The notes below the pieces were generated by a model that was not told the origin of the DNA, did no database searches, and saw only the letters and a list, made by a program, of their open reading frames with translations. Positions 29,576 to 39,612 of a stretch of 58,698 nt of DNA are shown here, piece by piece; the stretch's first letter is position 1; the number at the start of each line of letters is the position of its first letter. Both the position numbers and the translations under genes were made by a program. Source of the stretch: Deltaproteobacteria bacterium (GTDB taxonomy: Bacteria > Desulfobacterota > Syntrophia > Syntrophales > UBA6807); NCBI GenBank assembly GCA_011056835.1, contig DSDU01000015.1, forward strand, positions 1 to 58,698, read 5' to 3'.

Positions 29576-31387
29576 ATGATAAAAGAACACTTCAGAAATA
29601 TCGCCATCATTGCCCATGTGGATCACGGGAAGACGACCCTCGTGGACGCCATGCTGAAACAGACGGGCACCTTTAGAATGAACCAGGAAGTTCAGGAACG
29701 AGTCATGGACTCGATGGATCTTGAGCGGGAACGGGGAATCACCATCATGGCGAAGAATACCGCCATCCGCTACGGGGATGTAAAAATAAATATTGTGGAT
29801 ACGCCGGGCCATGCGGACTTCGGCGGTGAAGTGGAACGGAGCCTTAACATGGTGGACGGAGCCATTCTTCTCGTAGATGCCAGTGAAGGCCCTCTCCCGC
29901 AGACGCGATTTGTAGTAAAGAAAGCCCTGGCCAAAAGACTGCCCATCATCCTGATTATTAACAAGATAGACCGTCGTGATGCGAGAATCGATGAAGTGAT
30001 CAGCATGGTCTATGATCTTTTCATTGATCTTGATGCAACGGAGAAACAGATCGATTTTCCTATTCTTCTCACCAACGCAAAACTCGGCATCGCTCATAGA
30101 ATAAAGGGAGATGATTCAACCACTCTCACACCGCTGTTTGAGACCATTATTCATGAAATACCGGCGCCGGTAGCGGATGACCATGCAGTACCGCAATTTC
30201 TCGTAACCAATATCGATTACGATTCCTATGTGGGCCAGATTGCCGTGGGACGTCTCTTTAATGGTTCTCTCGCAATGAACTGCCCCTATTCGCTCTGTGA
30301 TGCCGACGGCAATGTAATTCCAGTGAAGTTCTCGGCATTGTATACGTTTGAGGGATTACAGAAAGTACACGTCGAATCAGTTGAAGCGGCGGACATAATT
30401 GCTATCGCCGGGGTCGAAAATGTAAGAATCGGTGACACCATTTCTTCACTGGAAGATCCCAGCCCGCTGCCTCGCATCCATGTCGACGAACCTACTGTAT
30501 CAATGATCTTCTATGTCAATAACAGTCCGACTGCGGGAAAAGAGGGAAAATTCCTGACCTCCCGTCACCTGCGATACCGCCTGGAAAAGGAAACCATGGG
30601 AAACGTGGCTATTCAGGTCAAGCTACTGGATCGTGCCGACGCATTCGAGGTCTGCGGACGAGGAGAATTACAAATGGCCGTCCTTATCGAAACGATGCGC
30701 CGGGAGGGATACGAGTTTATGGTATCCAAACCACGGGTCATTACAAAAGAAGAAAAAGGACAGATCCTTGAACCGGTGGAGCGGGTTTTCATCGATGTTC
30801 CGGAAGAATTCGTCGGCGTAGTGACGGAAAAGCTATCGGAACGTAAGGGGCGCATGATGAATCTGGCAAACAAGGGGAGCGGTCGGATCAACCTTGAGTT
30901 TGTCATTCCGTCCAGAGGTCTTATAGGATTCAGGAGCCATTTTTTGACTGACACGAAGGGGGCCGGAGTCATGAATACAATATTTGACGGCTATATGCCC
31001 TGGTTCGGCATGATTCCCCAACGGACCAGCGGTGCCATGGTGGCCGATCGGGCCGGCAGGGTTACGACGTATGCAAGCCTGGCCATGACCGACCGCGGCG
31101 AGCTCTTCGTCAGTGTCGGCACGGAAGTATATGGCGGTATGGTCATCGGCGAACGGAATCGGAGCGGTGATCTCAACGTGAATATAACAAAGGAAAAACA
31201 GCTTACTAATATCAGAAGTTCCACAGCCGAGGCAACGGTAACGCTCCGTCCACCCCGCCCTCTCTCGCTGGATCAGTCCATTGAATTCATCGCTGAAGAT
31301 GAACTGGTGGAAGTTACCCCGAAAAGTATCCGTCTTCGTAAAATGGAACTCGATGCGAGCAAACGTCCTGCCAAGCAACGGAGCTGA
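29576..31387 (+). CDS. typA: Translational GTPase TypA/BipA
   Basis: [45 protein letters not shown] and INKIDR. 603 aa. Confidence 0.95.
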   Translation: MIKEHFRNIAIIAHVDHGKTTLVDAMLKQTGTFRMNQEVQERVMDSMDLERERGITIMAKNTAIRYGDVKINIVDTPGHADFGGEVERSLNMVDGAILLVDASEGPLPQTRFVVKKALAKRLPIILIINKIDRRDARIDEVISMVYDLFIDLDATEKQIDFPILLTNAKLGIAHRIKGDDSTTLTPLFETIIHEIPAPVADDHAVPQFLVTNIDYDSYVGQIAVGRLFNGSLAMNCPYSLCDADGNVIPVKFSALYTFEGLQKVHVESVEAADIIAIAGVENVRIGDTISSLEDPSPLPRIHVDEPTVSMIFYVNNSPTAGKEGKFLTSRHLRYRLEKETMGNVAIQVKLLDRADAFEVCGRGELQMAVLIETMRREGYEFMVSKPRVITKEEKGQILEPVERVFIDVPEEFVGVVTEKLSERKGRMMNLANKGSGRINLEFVIPSRGLIGFRSHFLTDTKGAGVMNTIFDGYMPWFGMIPQRTSGAMVADRAGRVTTYASLAMTDRGELFVSVGTEVYGGMVIGERNRSGDLNVNITKEKQLTNIRSSTAEATVTLRPPRPLSLDQSIEFIAEDELVEVTPKSIRLRKMELDASKRPAKQRS

Positions 31388-31647
31388 TCAGCGCACCGAC
31401 CTGATTTCTCCATGAATGATACAGAACTATGGGAGACATGAATTTTCAGTGTTTCCCCTGCTCTTTCTTTTCAGCATACACATGGATGCGTTGTAGTCAA
31501 TAAGTGTCAGGAACCGAAGTGTTATAAAATGTATCCATTTCGCAACTGTTGAAATAAAAGTGGTTCAACGGCGTCAGCCGACGTTTCATGGACATAATTG
31601 AGAAACATGGTTGGGACACCTTTATGCAGAACACCAAGCCGATACTT

Positions 31648-31896
31648 TTATACCCGCTTCATGGCACAAAATGTTCCCAGACTGTTTCCCCCTGCAAAAG
31701 CAAGGATATTAAAAATGCCGTTCATGGCATTATCCTTGAGGATCACTGTCAAGAGTACGAAGTTTACAACAGTGATCACACCGCTTAAAACCGTCGCACC
31801 TGTTATCTTTTTTTCGGCAATGGCTCTCGTGTATCGAGTTACCAGCAAATCGACAATGAAACCCGCGATAAATATCAATATAATTTTAAGAATCAT
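31648..31896 (-). CDS. Small membrane protein resembling the DUF5698 / UPF0316 N-terminal region
   Basis: The 82-aa product has three hydrophobic segments, with MILKIILIFIAGFIVDLLVTRYTRAIAEKK resembling the UPF0316 N-terminus. From recall only. Confidence 0.4.
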   Translation of the reverse strand: MILKIILIFIAGFIVDLLVTRYTRAIAEKKITGATVLSGVITVVNFVLLTVILKDNAMNGIFNILAFAGGNSLGTFCAMKRV

Positions 31897-32335
31897 ACAA
31901 ACCCCTTTCCGCCCGAATAAACACTACTGATAACAAATAGTTACAAAGATTAATCTATCACGGTCACCAACACATACATGTGACGACAGATCAGGGCATT
32001 TCTCCTGACATGGTAAACACGCACAGCATACCCTGGGAAATCTGCCGATTCACTTAGGTATGATTGATCTTTTTCTTGTGGGTTTAAGGAGGTGGTTAAC
32101 CCAAGATTAAAGCTTTAAAGGAGAGATAAAGCAGGGGTAATCATCGGGCTCCACGTTAACCATAACCCGAAGGATCATCAGCAGTGTCCATCGCAACTCC
32201 TTCCATTATTATTATCATTAAAGATACCCTTGCTGAACCGTGACGGCGTGTATCATTTCGTGATCATAGCCCACAACGACATGAAAGTCAACACCGCTTC
32301 AAGTGCCGGGGCGCACAACAACGATTAGTTGTATT

Positions 32336-33814
32336 CTACGAGTATTCAGCCAATCCGGACTGCAGGTACTCGGACCGGATTATTGTTTCCCACTCTGCGG
32401 GAGTCACCTCCCGTCGTTTTGAATTTTCAGTTATACCGCTTACAGCGAACGTTCCGCCACTGTCGTTGTTTGTAAAGTCATTGCAGAGAATCTGCCTGCA
32501 GAAACGATTGATGTCACCACCGGTAAGCACGATTTCACGACAGGCGGGACCTCGTTCGATCACCACTTTCTTTTTTTCATTCAGATAGATCTCCCGATAG
32601 AGGTTTCGATAGGTTAAAAAAGAACGGAGCGTTGTGACGTGATAGGATACGACCAGTGACAGCCCGTCCATGTCGATGAGCGGGCTGACTTCTTCATTGA
32701 AATAGAGCCGTTCCCGGGAACTGTCGAGATGCCACATTTCATCAGTATCGTGTCTCGACCTGAGATGTGCCGCACAACGGTCGATTGTTTTCAGATTCCC
32801 CCGGACAGAAAGGCTGCGGATCAAGCCTGCGGCGGTGATATCTTCATAGGGCCGTTTAATGCAGAGCGCAGCCCGCCGACGCACGCCCGCAGTTTGAAAT
32901 CTGTTTCTGTAAACGAGAGAACAATAATTCACGGGAAGTTTGATATTTTCGGCTATGACGTAATTCAACAGCTTGAGGGCCGTCAGTTCCGACTCAAGAA
33001 TCGAAATGGCCGGGCCATGGAGAAAGGTATAATTCCGATCAAGCAACTTTTTATAGTTATAGGGCGTGCATCGGATCTGGTGGAGGTTGAAAAAATCGAC
33101 CCCGGTGTCCTCCATTTCTCTCACTTTCTGCTTCAGCAGATCATACCGTTCGGGTACGGCGGGAATCTCGACGGTAACATGATTAATGACATTGACGGCT
33201 TTTCGCACGTGGTCGAGCCGGTAACCGGTGGCACCGATGTTAAAGCGAATTTCGTCAACCCCGGCGTCTCCGAGTTGAAGAAGCTTATCGTTTGATGTCA
33301 GCATTCCGTTCGTATAGAGCCACAGATATATTTTATCGCCAAAATGTCTCTTAATAGCGGAAATAAACTGCATGGTACGGTCAAAGGTCAAAAAAGGCTC
33401 ACCCCCGCTGATACTTACCCCTTTAAAATCGAATACCCTGAGATAATCGACATAATCACGTGGATGTTTGAACTGTATACTGCTTGTAGTCGGTATATCG
33501 GGAGATGTCTGCTCCGTCGGGCAATAAAAGCATTCGGCATTGCATATGCCGTTAACAAAAAGGCAGGACCATGCTCCGCTTCCGCACATTCGGCATCCGG
33601 GAGAGAGATTAAGGTAGTATGGCTTGGTCTCATTATGTGTCCATGATATCCGATGATGCGCCTGTTTCAGAAGTTCCGCCCGTTCGTCTGCGGCATGATC
33701 GGCCTCAGCAGACGTAATCCACCGCAACGTATCATAGATAGATGCGAAATCCTCTTTATTACGCTGTAGAATTGCGCTGAAATCTGATCCCGGAAACTGC
33801 ATATACGGTACCAC
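32336..33814 (-). CDS. Radical SAM protein with an extra N-terminal Cys motif and an uncharacterised C-terminal ~200 aa
   Basis: CNAECFYCP (CxxxCxxC) is preceded by CRMCGSGAWSC. GGEPFL follows. The start is GTG 33814 or ATG 33802. Confidence 0.8.
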   Translation of the reverse strand: MVPYMQFPGSDFSAILQRNKEDFASIYDTLRWITSAEADHAADERAELLKQAHHRISWTHNETKPYYLNLSPGCRMCGSGAWSCLFVNGICNAECFYCPTEQTSPDIPTTSSIQFKHPRDYVDYLRVFDFKGVSISGGEPFLTFDRTMQFISAIKRHFGDKIYLWLYTNGMLTSNDKLLQLGDAGVDEIRFNIGATGYRLDHVRKAVNVINHVTVEIPAVPERYDLLKQKVREMEDTGVDFFNLHQIRCTPYNYKKLLDRNYTFLHGPAISILESELTALKLLNYVIAENIKLPVNYCSLVYRNRFQTAGVRRRAALCIKRPYEDITAAGLIRSLSVRGNLKTIDRCAAHLRSRHDTDEMWHLDSSRERLYFNEEVSPLIDMDGLSLVVSYHVTTLRSFLTYRNLYREIYLNEKKKVVIERGPACREIVLTGGDINRFCRQILCNDFTNNDSGGTFAVSGITENSKRREVTPAEWETIIRSEYLQSGLAEYS

Positions 33815-33850
33815 TGCCAGCTAATATGGATTCAACACATTGGAGCTGGG

Positions 33851-33879
33851 ATAATAATGAAATCGAAAGTCCCTGTCAA
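33851..33879 (-). promoter_or_regulatory. Sigma-70-like promoter for the radical SAM gene (TTGACA-17 nt-TATTAT)
   Basis: On the minus strand: TTGACA at 33879-33874, a 17-nt spacer, and TATTAT at 33856-33851. It lies about 35-50 nt upstream of the start codon. Confidence 0.5.
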
Positions 33880-34170
33880 CACGAAACAGCGGAGCTGCAG
33901 GCAGTGTATACTATAAACCTGACAAATGCCGAGCATTATTTATGATTGCATAATCCTTGATGCGTGGCGAAGATTGAAGCATTGCTCAGTGAATCTTTAC
34001 CATCAGGCTGTTGAAAAAATGACCCCGGGGCTGTTCCAAAGCGTTCGGATGCACGGCACCTGAAACGGAAGTAACGCCACGGTTTTCATATCATCAATAA
34101 AAATAATTTGAAACAGCCCGACCTCTTTATGTATAGTTATCATCATAGAACATTCTCAAGGAGGATTATC

Positions 34171-34738
34171 ATGGATAAGAGGCTGTTCGGGGTTGCGGCG
34201 GTTATCACCATAATCATCTTCCTGATCGGTTGTGCCAAACCAGGTTCGAAATCCTATGATGAAAAAGTTCAGCATTTTGCAGATTCTCACTATGTCCGGT
34301 CATCATCGACATCAGGAACATTGTCTGCAGGTTCCAGGATGTGCGTTATGCCGTTCGACTGCACGACCCCCCCGAATAGGTGAAACGGTGAGCAACCATA
34401 CTGTGAGCAATCTCAAGGATTCCGGTTTCATTTTTATCGATCCGTTCGAGATTCCCCAGTTGCTTAAACAGGGGAACGCGAACTTCGTCGCACTTTCAAG
34501 AGACAAGGATTATACAATAATTATGCGACTGGCCCGACTGGATTACCTCATGGTCGGCTCGGTTGATATTGCATCTGTTACACACCGGAGAATCGTGAGT
34601 GCGGAGGCTCATATCCTCGACACAAGCGGATCCGCGGTGGTGAGGGCAGAATTTACGCCTCCGAGCGGGAAGATGACTAAGATGCCTGCGGTCGGTGCCG
34701 TTCTTGCCGCTGCCATCAGGGGTGAAGTAGAGAAGTAG
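34171..34738 (+). pseudogene. Lipoprotein gene disrupted by a frameshift at a C7 tract
   Basis: SD AAGGAGG, then MDKRLFGVAAVITIIIFLIGC (lipobox). This frame stops at 34381-34383. The text continues in the next frame as IGETVSNHTVSNLKDSGF... to 34738. The switch point is at CCCCCCC, 34367-34373. Confidence 0.7.
34367..34373 (+). repeat. Homopolymeric C7 tract at the frameshift point
   Basis: The sequence gacCCCCCCCgaat is read directly. Removing one C would fuse the two lipoprotein frames. Confidence 0.9.
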
Positions 34739-34999
34739 GGAATTTGCCGCTGGTGCTTCTTTGTTCGCGCCGATTCCAGACCCTCATTAATCAGAAAACA
34801 CAAGCATCGACAGGGGGTGTCGCAACGAGTGGACCTGCACATGGCGGCATCGAAGAGTATTACAGTACTGTTTCCGCAGATCGAAAAAACGTGCGGCGAA
34901 ATCCCGGTCCACCCAAACACCATACGCAGACGGCCCTGCTGTGAATGAAGCTGGGACATTACACTGGTTACCACCTGAAAAGCATGGAGGAGAATAGTT

Positions 35000-35548
35000 A
35001 TGGCACAATGGAAGCGCACAAGAATCGTTTTTTGGGGAACCGCATTACTTCTTCCGGTGATGCTGTCGGGATGCTCATTGTTGGGAAAGACATTCCATAG
35101 CTACGGTACGATTCAACCGAACGGCGATGTAACGGCGGCATTCGAACATTACGAAATCAAATCGGAACTCAATTACTACATCAGCGGCGCCGAAAGCGAA
35201 CCGAACGTCATCATAGGAATTGATAAACGATATACCCTCGTTTCCGATCTCTGGAAGCTCCCAACGCTTAAACCGGGGATTCCTCAGGGAATTCCGGAGA
35301 AGGGAACGCTTCGGTACTACGTTGACGGAATGAACAGGAAAGCTTCTCGCTTCACCATGATCCTCCAGGGATTCGATATCATCGACAATCAGGGAAATGA
35401 TATCGGGGATTGGTATTCGATCCTGATCGCACCGACATGGGTAAGAATGCTGGAAGACAACAAAATAGCAATTGTTCCCCCACCGCTTGATATATACGAA
35501 CGATATGAGAGAGAAGGCTCAGCCCGGGATCCTCTTATTATCCGATAA
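35000..35548 (+). CDS. Hypothetical lipoprotein
   Basis: MAQWKRTRIVFWGTALLLPVMLSGCS is a signal peptide with a lipobox. No recognisable family. Confidence 0.6.
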   Translation: MAQWKRTRIVFWGTALLLPVMLSGCSLLGKTFHSYGTIQPNGDVTAAFEHYEIKSELNYYISGAESEPNVIIGIDKRYTLVSDLWKLPTLKPGIPQGIPEKGTLRYYVDGMNRKASRFTMILQGFDIIDNQGNDIGDWYSILIAPTWVRMLEDNKIAIVPPPLDIYERYEREGSARDPLIIR

Positions 35549-35874
35549 AAAGAAGGCTATTGTCCGCGTCGATTATACAGGCGCATGAACGGTTCAGCGC
35601 AAAATCGCACATATGAGTCGGGCAATTCAAACACGGCGGCTTTTCCTTCAGACAATCAACATCTCATGCAATCAGTGGATAATTTGACAGGTCACCCCCA
35701 TGACACTATTGAGCCATCGAGCAGATAACCCGGAATCGTTTTCACGCGATCGTACTTGTACACCGCCGATTATTAATATGTCACCAGAAAATGGAGAACC
35801 GGTCAGTGGAACATCGAGCAATCGCTTACTGCCGGTCATAGCATAGGTCATATGGATTACAAAGGAGGAATGCC

Positions 35875-36693
35875 ATGTCATTGATCACGATAACATCAGG
35901 CATCGGGTGCGGCGCACCTGAAATTGCACGGCTTCTGAATGAGAAGCTGAATCTTGAGGTGTATGATGATGGGAAACTCCAGGAAGAGGCTCTCTCCATG
36001 GGGATTTCTCGGGAAGAACTGAAGGATTTCAATGAAAAGGCCCCGGGGCTCTTCAATCGACTCTTTCGTTTGAAACCACAGACATATCTCGAAGTGATGG
36101 AAGCAGTCATTTATAAAATATCGGGGAAAGACGACGCTGTCATTCTGGGGTATGGAGCGTCTTTTCTTCTTCGAGATTTCGGATGTGCCTTTCACGTGCG
36201 CATTTATGCATCCGAACCGTCTCGTATTGAGTACCTTGTCGCTCAACAGGGATTCAGCACCGAGGCAGCGAAAAAATTAATCGACAAAAGCGACGACGAA
36301 CGAAATGGATTCATGCGGTTCGCCTTTCGCATGAATTGGGATGACCCCTCTCTGTACGACCTTATCATCAACACAGACAAGATTGGCGTGGACGGAGCGG
36401 CAGAGATGATTATTGCCGCCCGCGATGTTGATGCAATCAAGGAATGCAGTCTTGCCGCCCTGGAGTCGATGGAACGGCTTTCCCTTGCCAAGAGGGTGGA
36501 AGCGGAACTTATCAAAAACGTTCTCAATCCCGGGAATTATAATGTCTTTATACCCGAAGCGGGAATCGTGCATCTTTCAGGCATCATCAATCCTCTTGAG
36601 TCGAAAGACAAGTTGATAGGCTATGTGAAAGGGGTTTCGGGTGTGAAAGAAGTAATCGCGGATCTTCAGACCGAACGGATTCACGATATATGA
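35875..36693 (+). CDS. Cytidylate kinase-like family protein fused to a C-terminal BON domain
   Basis: The N-terminus MSLITITSGIGCGAPEIARLL...VYDD resembles the cytidylate-kinase-like family. The C-terminus GIVHLSGIINPLESKDKLIGYVKGVSGVKEVIADL is BON-like. Confidence 0.6.
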   Translation: MSLITITSGIGCGAPEIARLLNEKLNLEVYDDGKLQEEALSMGISREELKDFNEKAPGLFNRLFRLKPQTYLEVMEAVIYKISGKDDAVILGYGASFLLRDFGCAFHVRIYASEPSRIEYLVAQQGFSTEAAKKLIDKSDDERNGFMRFAFRMNWDDPSLYDLIINTDKIGVDGAAEMIIAARDVDAIKECSLAALESMERLSLAKRVEAELIKNVLNPGNYNVFIPEAGIVHLSGIINPLESKDKLIGYVKGVSGVKEVIADLQTERIHDI

Positions 36694-36803
36694 TACATGG
36701 AATGTTCTCAGGAATGTGCTGGGCGGGCATATATCCTTTTTTCACCACGAGGGAGTAAAGAAAGTTTCGAACACCGCTGTTTATACTTGTCCTCTCGCTG
36801 CGA

Positions 36804-38009
36804 TCACTCTAATCGGGAAAAATCAAACGCGGGATCGGAAAGCGAGGATCCGTAGGAACCGACATCAGCCTTCTTCTTTATGGCATGCTCCAGCTCCCGA
36901 CCGCCGCGGACATCTCCCATCAAAAGTGCACCGATGATCCTGCTGCCGGAGATAACGATCTTTCGATAGATATGAGCGGCATCATTTCTGAAAATGATCC
37001 CATCCCCCGGGCCGGCATCGCTGATTTCTCCCGCAGAAAACACTTGAATTCCCGTGACTTTGAGGCTGTTGGACGGAACAGTGCCCTCATACGTCTGTTC
37101 GTCGCCCGCCATATTGAAACCGGCGATCCTCCCCTGTTCCATCGATGCCGGCCAGATACCGTAGAAAAATTCCCTGTGCTCGATGAGATCGCCTGCGGCA
37201 TAGATATCTTCCACCCCGGCCTTCATCATATCGTCCACCTTGACCCCCTTATCGACAGTGAGTCCCAAACGCTGTGCCAGCGTTATTTCAGGCCGGACCC
37301 CCGCAGAGATAAGCACCATGTCGCCATATAGATCCTCGCCGTTATCGAGACAAACACACAGACGATTTTTGCGGGATACGATTTCTCTCGTCGTGCACCC
37401 GAGACGGAAGATGAATCCCCTGTCTTCTAATTGTTGCCGAAGCATTCCGCCGCCGACATGATCCACCTGCCGCGGCAGCAATCTTGATGATCTCTCTACG
37501 ACAGTCACCGTCATCCCCGCTTTCCGCAGCCCGTTGCTTGCTTCGAGACCGAGCAGGCCACCGCCCAAGGTGATCAGCTTTTTCGATTTCATCGCTCGTG
37601 ACCGTATCGTCACAGCATCCGCAAGTGTCCGAAGCGTATACACACCCTCGGACTCGATTCCGGGTATGGGAGGCACATAACTTTGCCCTCCCGTTGCAAG
37701 GAGAAGTCTGTCATAGCGGTAGGAGTCGCCACCCTTTGTCATGACGCACTTTTTTTCAGGATCGACATGAATAATTTCGGTCTCCAGGTGGAGGTCGATG
37801 TCGTTCTTCCCGTACCATGAACGATCATGAATGATACAGGTTTGAATCTCTTTCTCCCCCGCGAGATACTCGGGAAGCGCAGGGGTATAGTAAAAGGGAT
37901 ACGATTCCCTTGAATACATGCGAATGACACCTGAACGATCATTTTTTCGAATGCTCGTCGCCGCCGTATTCGCAGCTACCCCATTACCGACAATAACGTA
38001 GCGTTTCAA
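36804..38009 (-). CDS. NAD(P)/FAD-dependent oxidoreductase (rubredoxin-reductase-like pyridine nucleotide-disulfide oxidoreductase)
   Basis: RYVIVGNGVAANTAA (FAD fold), LITLGGGLLGLEAS (NAD fold) and AAGD. Start chosen at TTG 38009, preceded by GGAAGG. The longer ORF would overlap the rbr gene. Confidence 0.8.
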   Translation of the reverse strand: MKRYVIVGNGVAANTAATSIRKNDRSGVIRMYSRESYPFYYTPALPEYLAGEKEIQTCIIHDRSWYGKNDIDLHLETEIIHVDPEKKCVMTKGGDSYRYDRLLLATGGQSYVPPIPGIESEGVYTLRTLADAVTIRSRAMKSKKLITLGGGLLGLEASNGLRKAGMTVTVVERSSRLLPRQVDHVGGGMLRQQLEDRGFIFRLGCTTREIVSRKNRLCVCLDNGEDLYGDMVLISAGVRPEITLAQRLGLTVDKGVKVDDMMKAGVEDIYAAGDLIEHREFFYGIWPASMEQGRIAGFNMAGDEQTYEGTVPSNSLKVTGIQVFSAGEISDAGPGDGIIFRNDAAHIYRKIVISGSRIIGALLMGDVRGGRELEHAIKKKADVGSYGSSLSDPAFDFSRLE

Positions 38010-38077
38010 TGGGTATACCTTCCGCGATAGGGAAAGTACAGCCGTGGGCACGGCCGTACTTCGAATACTATGAACAA

Positions 38078-38575
38078 TCAGTCGATGCGCTTGAAGAGAC
38101 TTCCATTCGCACCGCATACAGGGCACTGCTCGGGAGCTTCCTCCTCCACCGTGTACCCGCAGACAGGACAGACATAATAGGGGTATTCCTCCTGTGGTGA
38201 ATCAAGAGACTCCAGAGCCATCTGGTATAACCGGGCATGGACCTTCTCCACTTCATTCGCATAGCGGAACGTTCTTTCGGCAACTTTATTCCCCTCTGTC
38301 ACGGCGGCTTCGATCATTCCCGGGTACATGGTTTTAAATTCATAGATCTCACCGGAAACGGCATCCGTGAGATTCTCTCTGGTACTTCCAACTCCTTTAA
38401 GCGCTCGCAGATGGTTGTGGGCATGAACTGTTTCCGCCTCCGCTGCCGCTCTGAAAAGCCTTGCCACCTGGGCATAACCGTCCTTATCAGCCTTTTCCGC
38501 AAAGGCAAGATATTTCCTGTTGGCCTGTGATTCGCCTGCAAATGCTTCCTTGAGACAATCTTCCGTTTTCGACAT
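38078..38575 (-). CDS. rbr: Rubrerythrin
   Basis: Diiron ExxH repeats (AGESQANRKYLAFA, EAETVHAHNH) plus a C-terminal rubredoxin-like CPVCG...CPVCG. Confidence 0.95.
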   Translation of the reverse strand: MSKTEDCLKEAFAGESQANRKYLAFAEKADKDGYAQVARLFRAAAEAETVHAHNHLRALKGVGSTRENLTDAVSGEIYEFKTMYPGMIEAAVTEGNKVAERTFRYANEVEKVHARLYQMALESLDSPQEEYPYYVCPVCGYTVEEEAPEQCPVCGANGSLFKRID

Positions 38576-38592
38576 TATACAGTCCCCTTTCC

Positions 38593-38609
38593 TTGATTCA
38601 TTGAATCAA
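38593..38609. promoter_or_regulatory. 17-bp perfect palindrome TTGATTCATTGAATCAA (8-1-8) just upstream of the rbr SD. Candidate Fur-family (PerR-like) operator.
   Basis: The half-sites are exact reverse complements around a single central base. It lies 18-34 nt upstream of the rbr ATG, in the divergent rbr/maoC-like intergenic region. Confidence 0.45.
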
Positions 38610-38778
38610 TGTCTCTGCACCATCATCATCCTGGGCAGTATACCCGATAATGACTCATCACGCGAGCCTGAAAACATACTTGTGCTGCTGCAGCGAGTAG
38701 CGTATGTTGGAATCTGTATTGTCCGCCGGCACGGAGTTCGGACATGTATTATTTATTCATAACAAAAGGAGGAACCTC

Positions 38779-39612
38779 ATGGCGTTGGATATGAAGGCAA
38801 TCGGTCGCGCGATTGGTCCGTTGAATCATTCGTATACCGTGAGAGATGCGATACTCTACGCCCTGGCCGTCGGGGCCGGCGCTTCAGAGCTTGAATTCTG
38901 TTATGAAAAATATCTGAAAATTCTCCCGACGTTTCCCATGGCAACAACATTCGACTTTTTCTGGCACATCGCCCGCGAGGCACATATCGATGTGGCGGGA
39001 ATTCTCCATGGCGAGCACGAATTGATTTTCCATAACCCGATTCCCCGTGAAGGAACATTTATTACGAACGGAACCATTACAGACTATTTCGACAAGGGAA
39101 AAGACAGGGGCGCCCTTGTGGTCGGCAGAGCAGATACATTTCATTCAAACGGGGAGAAGATCGTCACGAATGTGTACACGCTTTTTGCCCGCTTTGACGG
39201 AGGATTCGAAAGCAACCCGGCACCAAAACAATCGATTTCATTCCCCGCCCGCAATCCGGATTTTATCGTCGATGCCGCACCATCTCCTGATCAGCACCTT
39301 CTTTACCGGTTGACCGGTGATTACTTTGAACTTCACGTGGATCCCGAGTTTGCCCGAAAATCCGGCTTTGACAGGCCCATCATGCACGGCGCATGTTTTC
39401 TTGGTTATGGATGCAGGGCGCTCATCAGAAAGCTGTCACCGGGGAAACCCGAAAAGTTACAACGGCTTGCATGCCGTTTTTCCCGCCCTCTCTACCCGGG
39501 AACCCCCATACAGACACACATCTGGAAAACCGCCGCGGACGCCGCATTCTGGCGTGTTGTAAATCGTGAAACGGGAGAAATCGTCATCGATAACGGAATC
39601 GCTGAGTTTTAA
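38779..39612 (+). CDS. MaoC-family (R)-specific enoyl-CoA hydratase, double hotdog
   Basis: SD AGGAGG precedes ATG 38779. YRLTGDYFELHVDPEFARKSGFDRPIMHGAC is the hydratase-2 motif region. Confidence 0.8.
   Translation: MALDMKAIGRAIGPLNHSYTVRDAILYALAVGAGASELEFCYEKYLKILPTFPMATTFDFFWHIAREAHIDVAGILHGEHELIFHNPIPREGTFITNGTITDYFDKGKDRGALVVGRADTFHSNGEKIVTNVYTLFARFDGGFESNPAPKQSISFPARNPDFIVDAAPSPDQHLLYRLTGDYFELHVDPEFARKSGFDRPIMHGACFLGYGCRALIRKLSPGKPEKLQRLACRFSRPLYPGTPIQTHIWKTAADAAFWRVVNRETGEIVIDNGIAEF

Noticed and set aside
38010-38126. N-terminal extension of the FAD oxidoreductase ORF (MPCMRCEWKS...)
   Set aside because: The extension overlaps the 3' end of rbr. The Rossmann fold starts right after a TTG preceded by GGAAGG at 38009, so the extension is probably untranslated.
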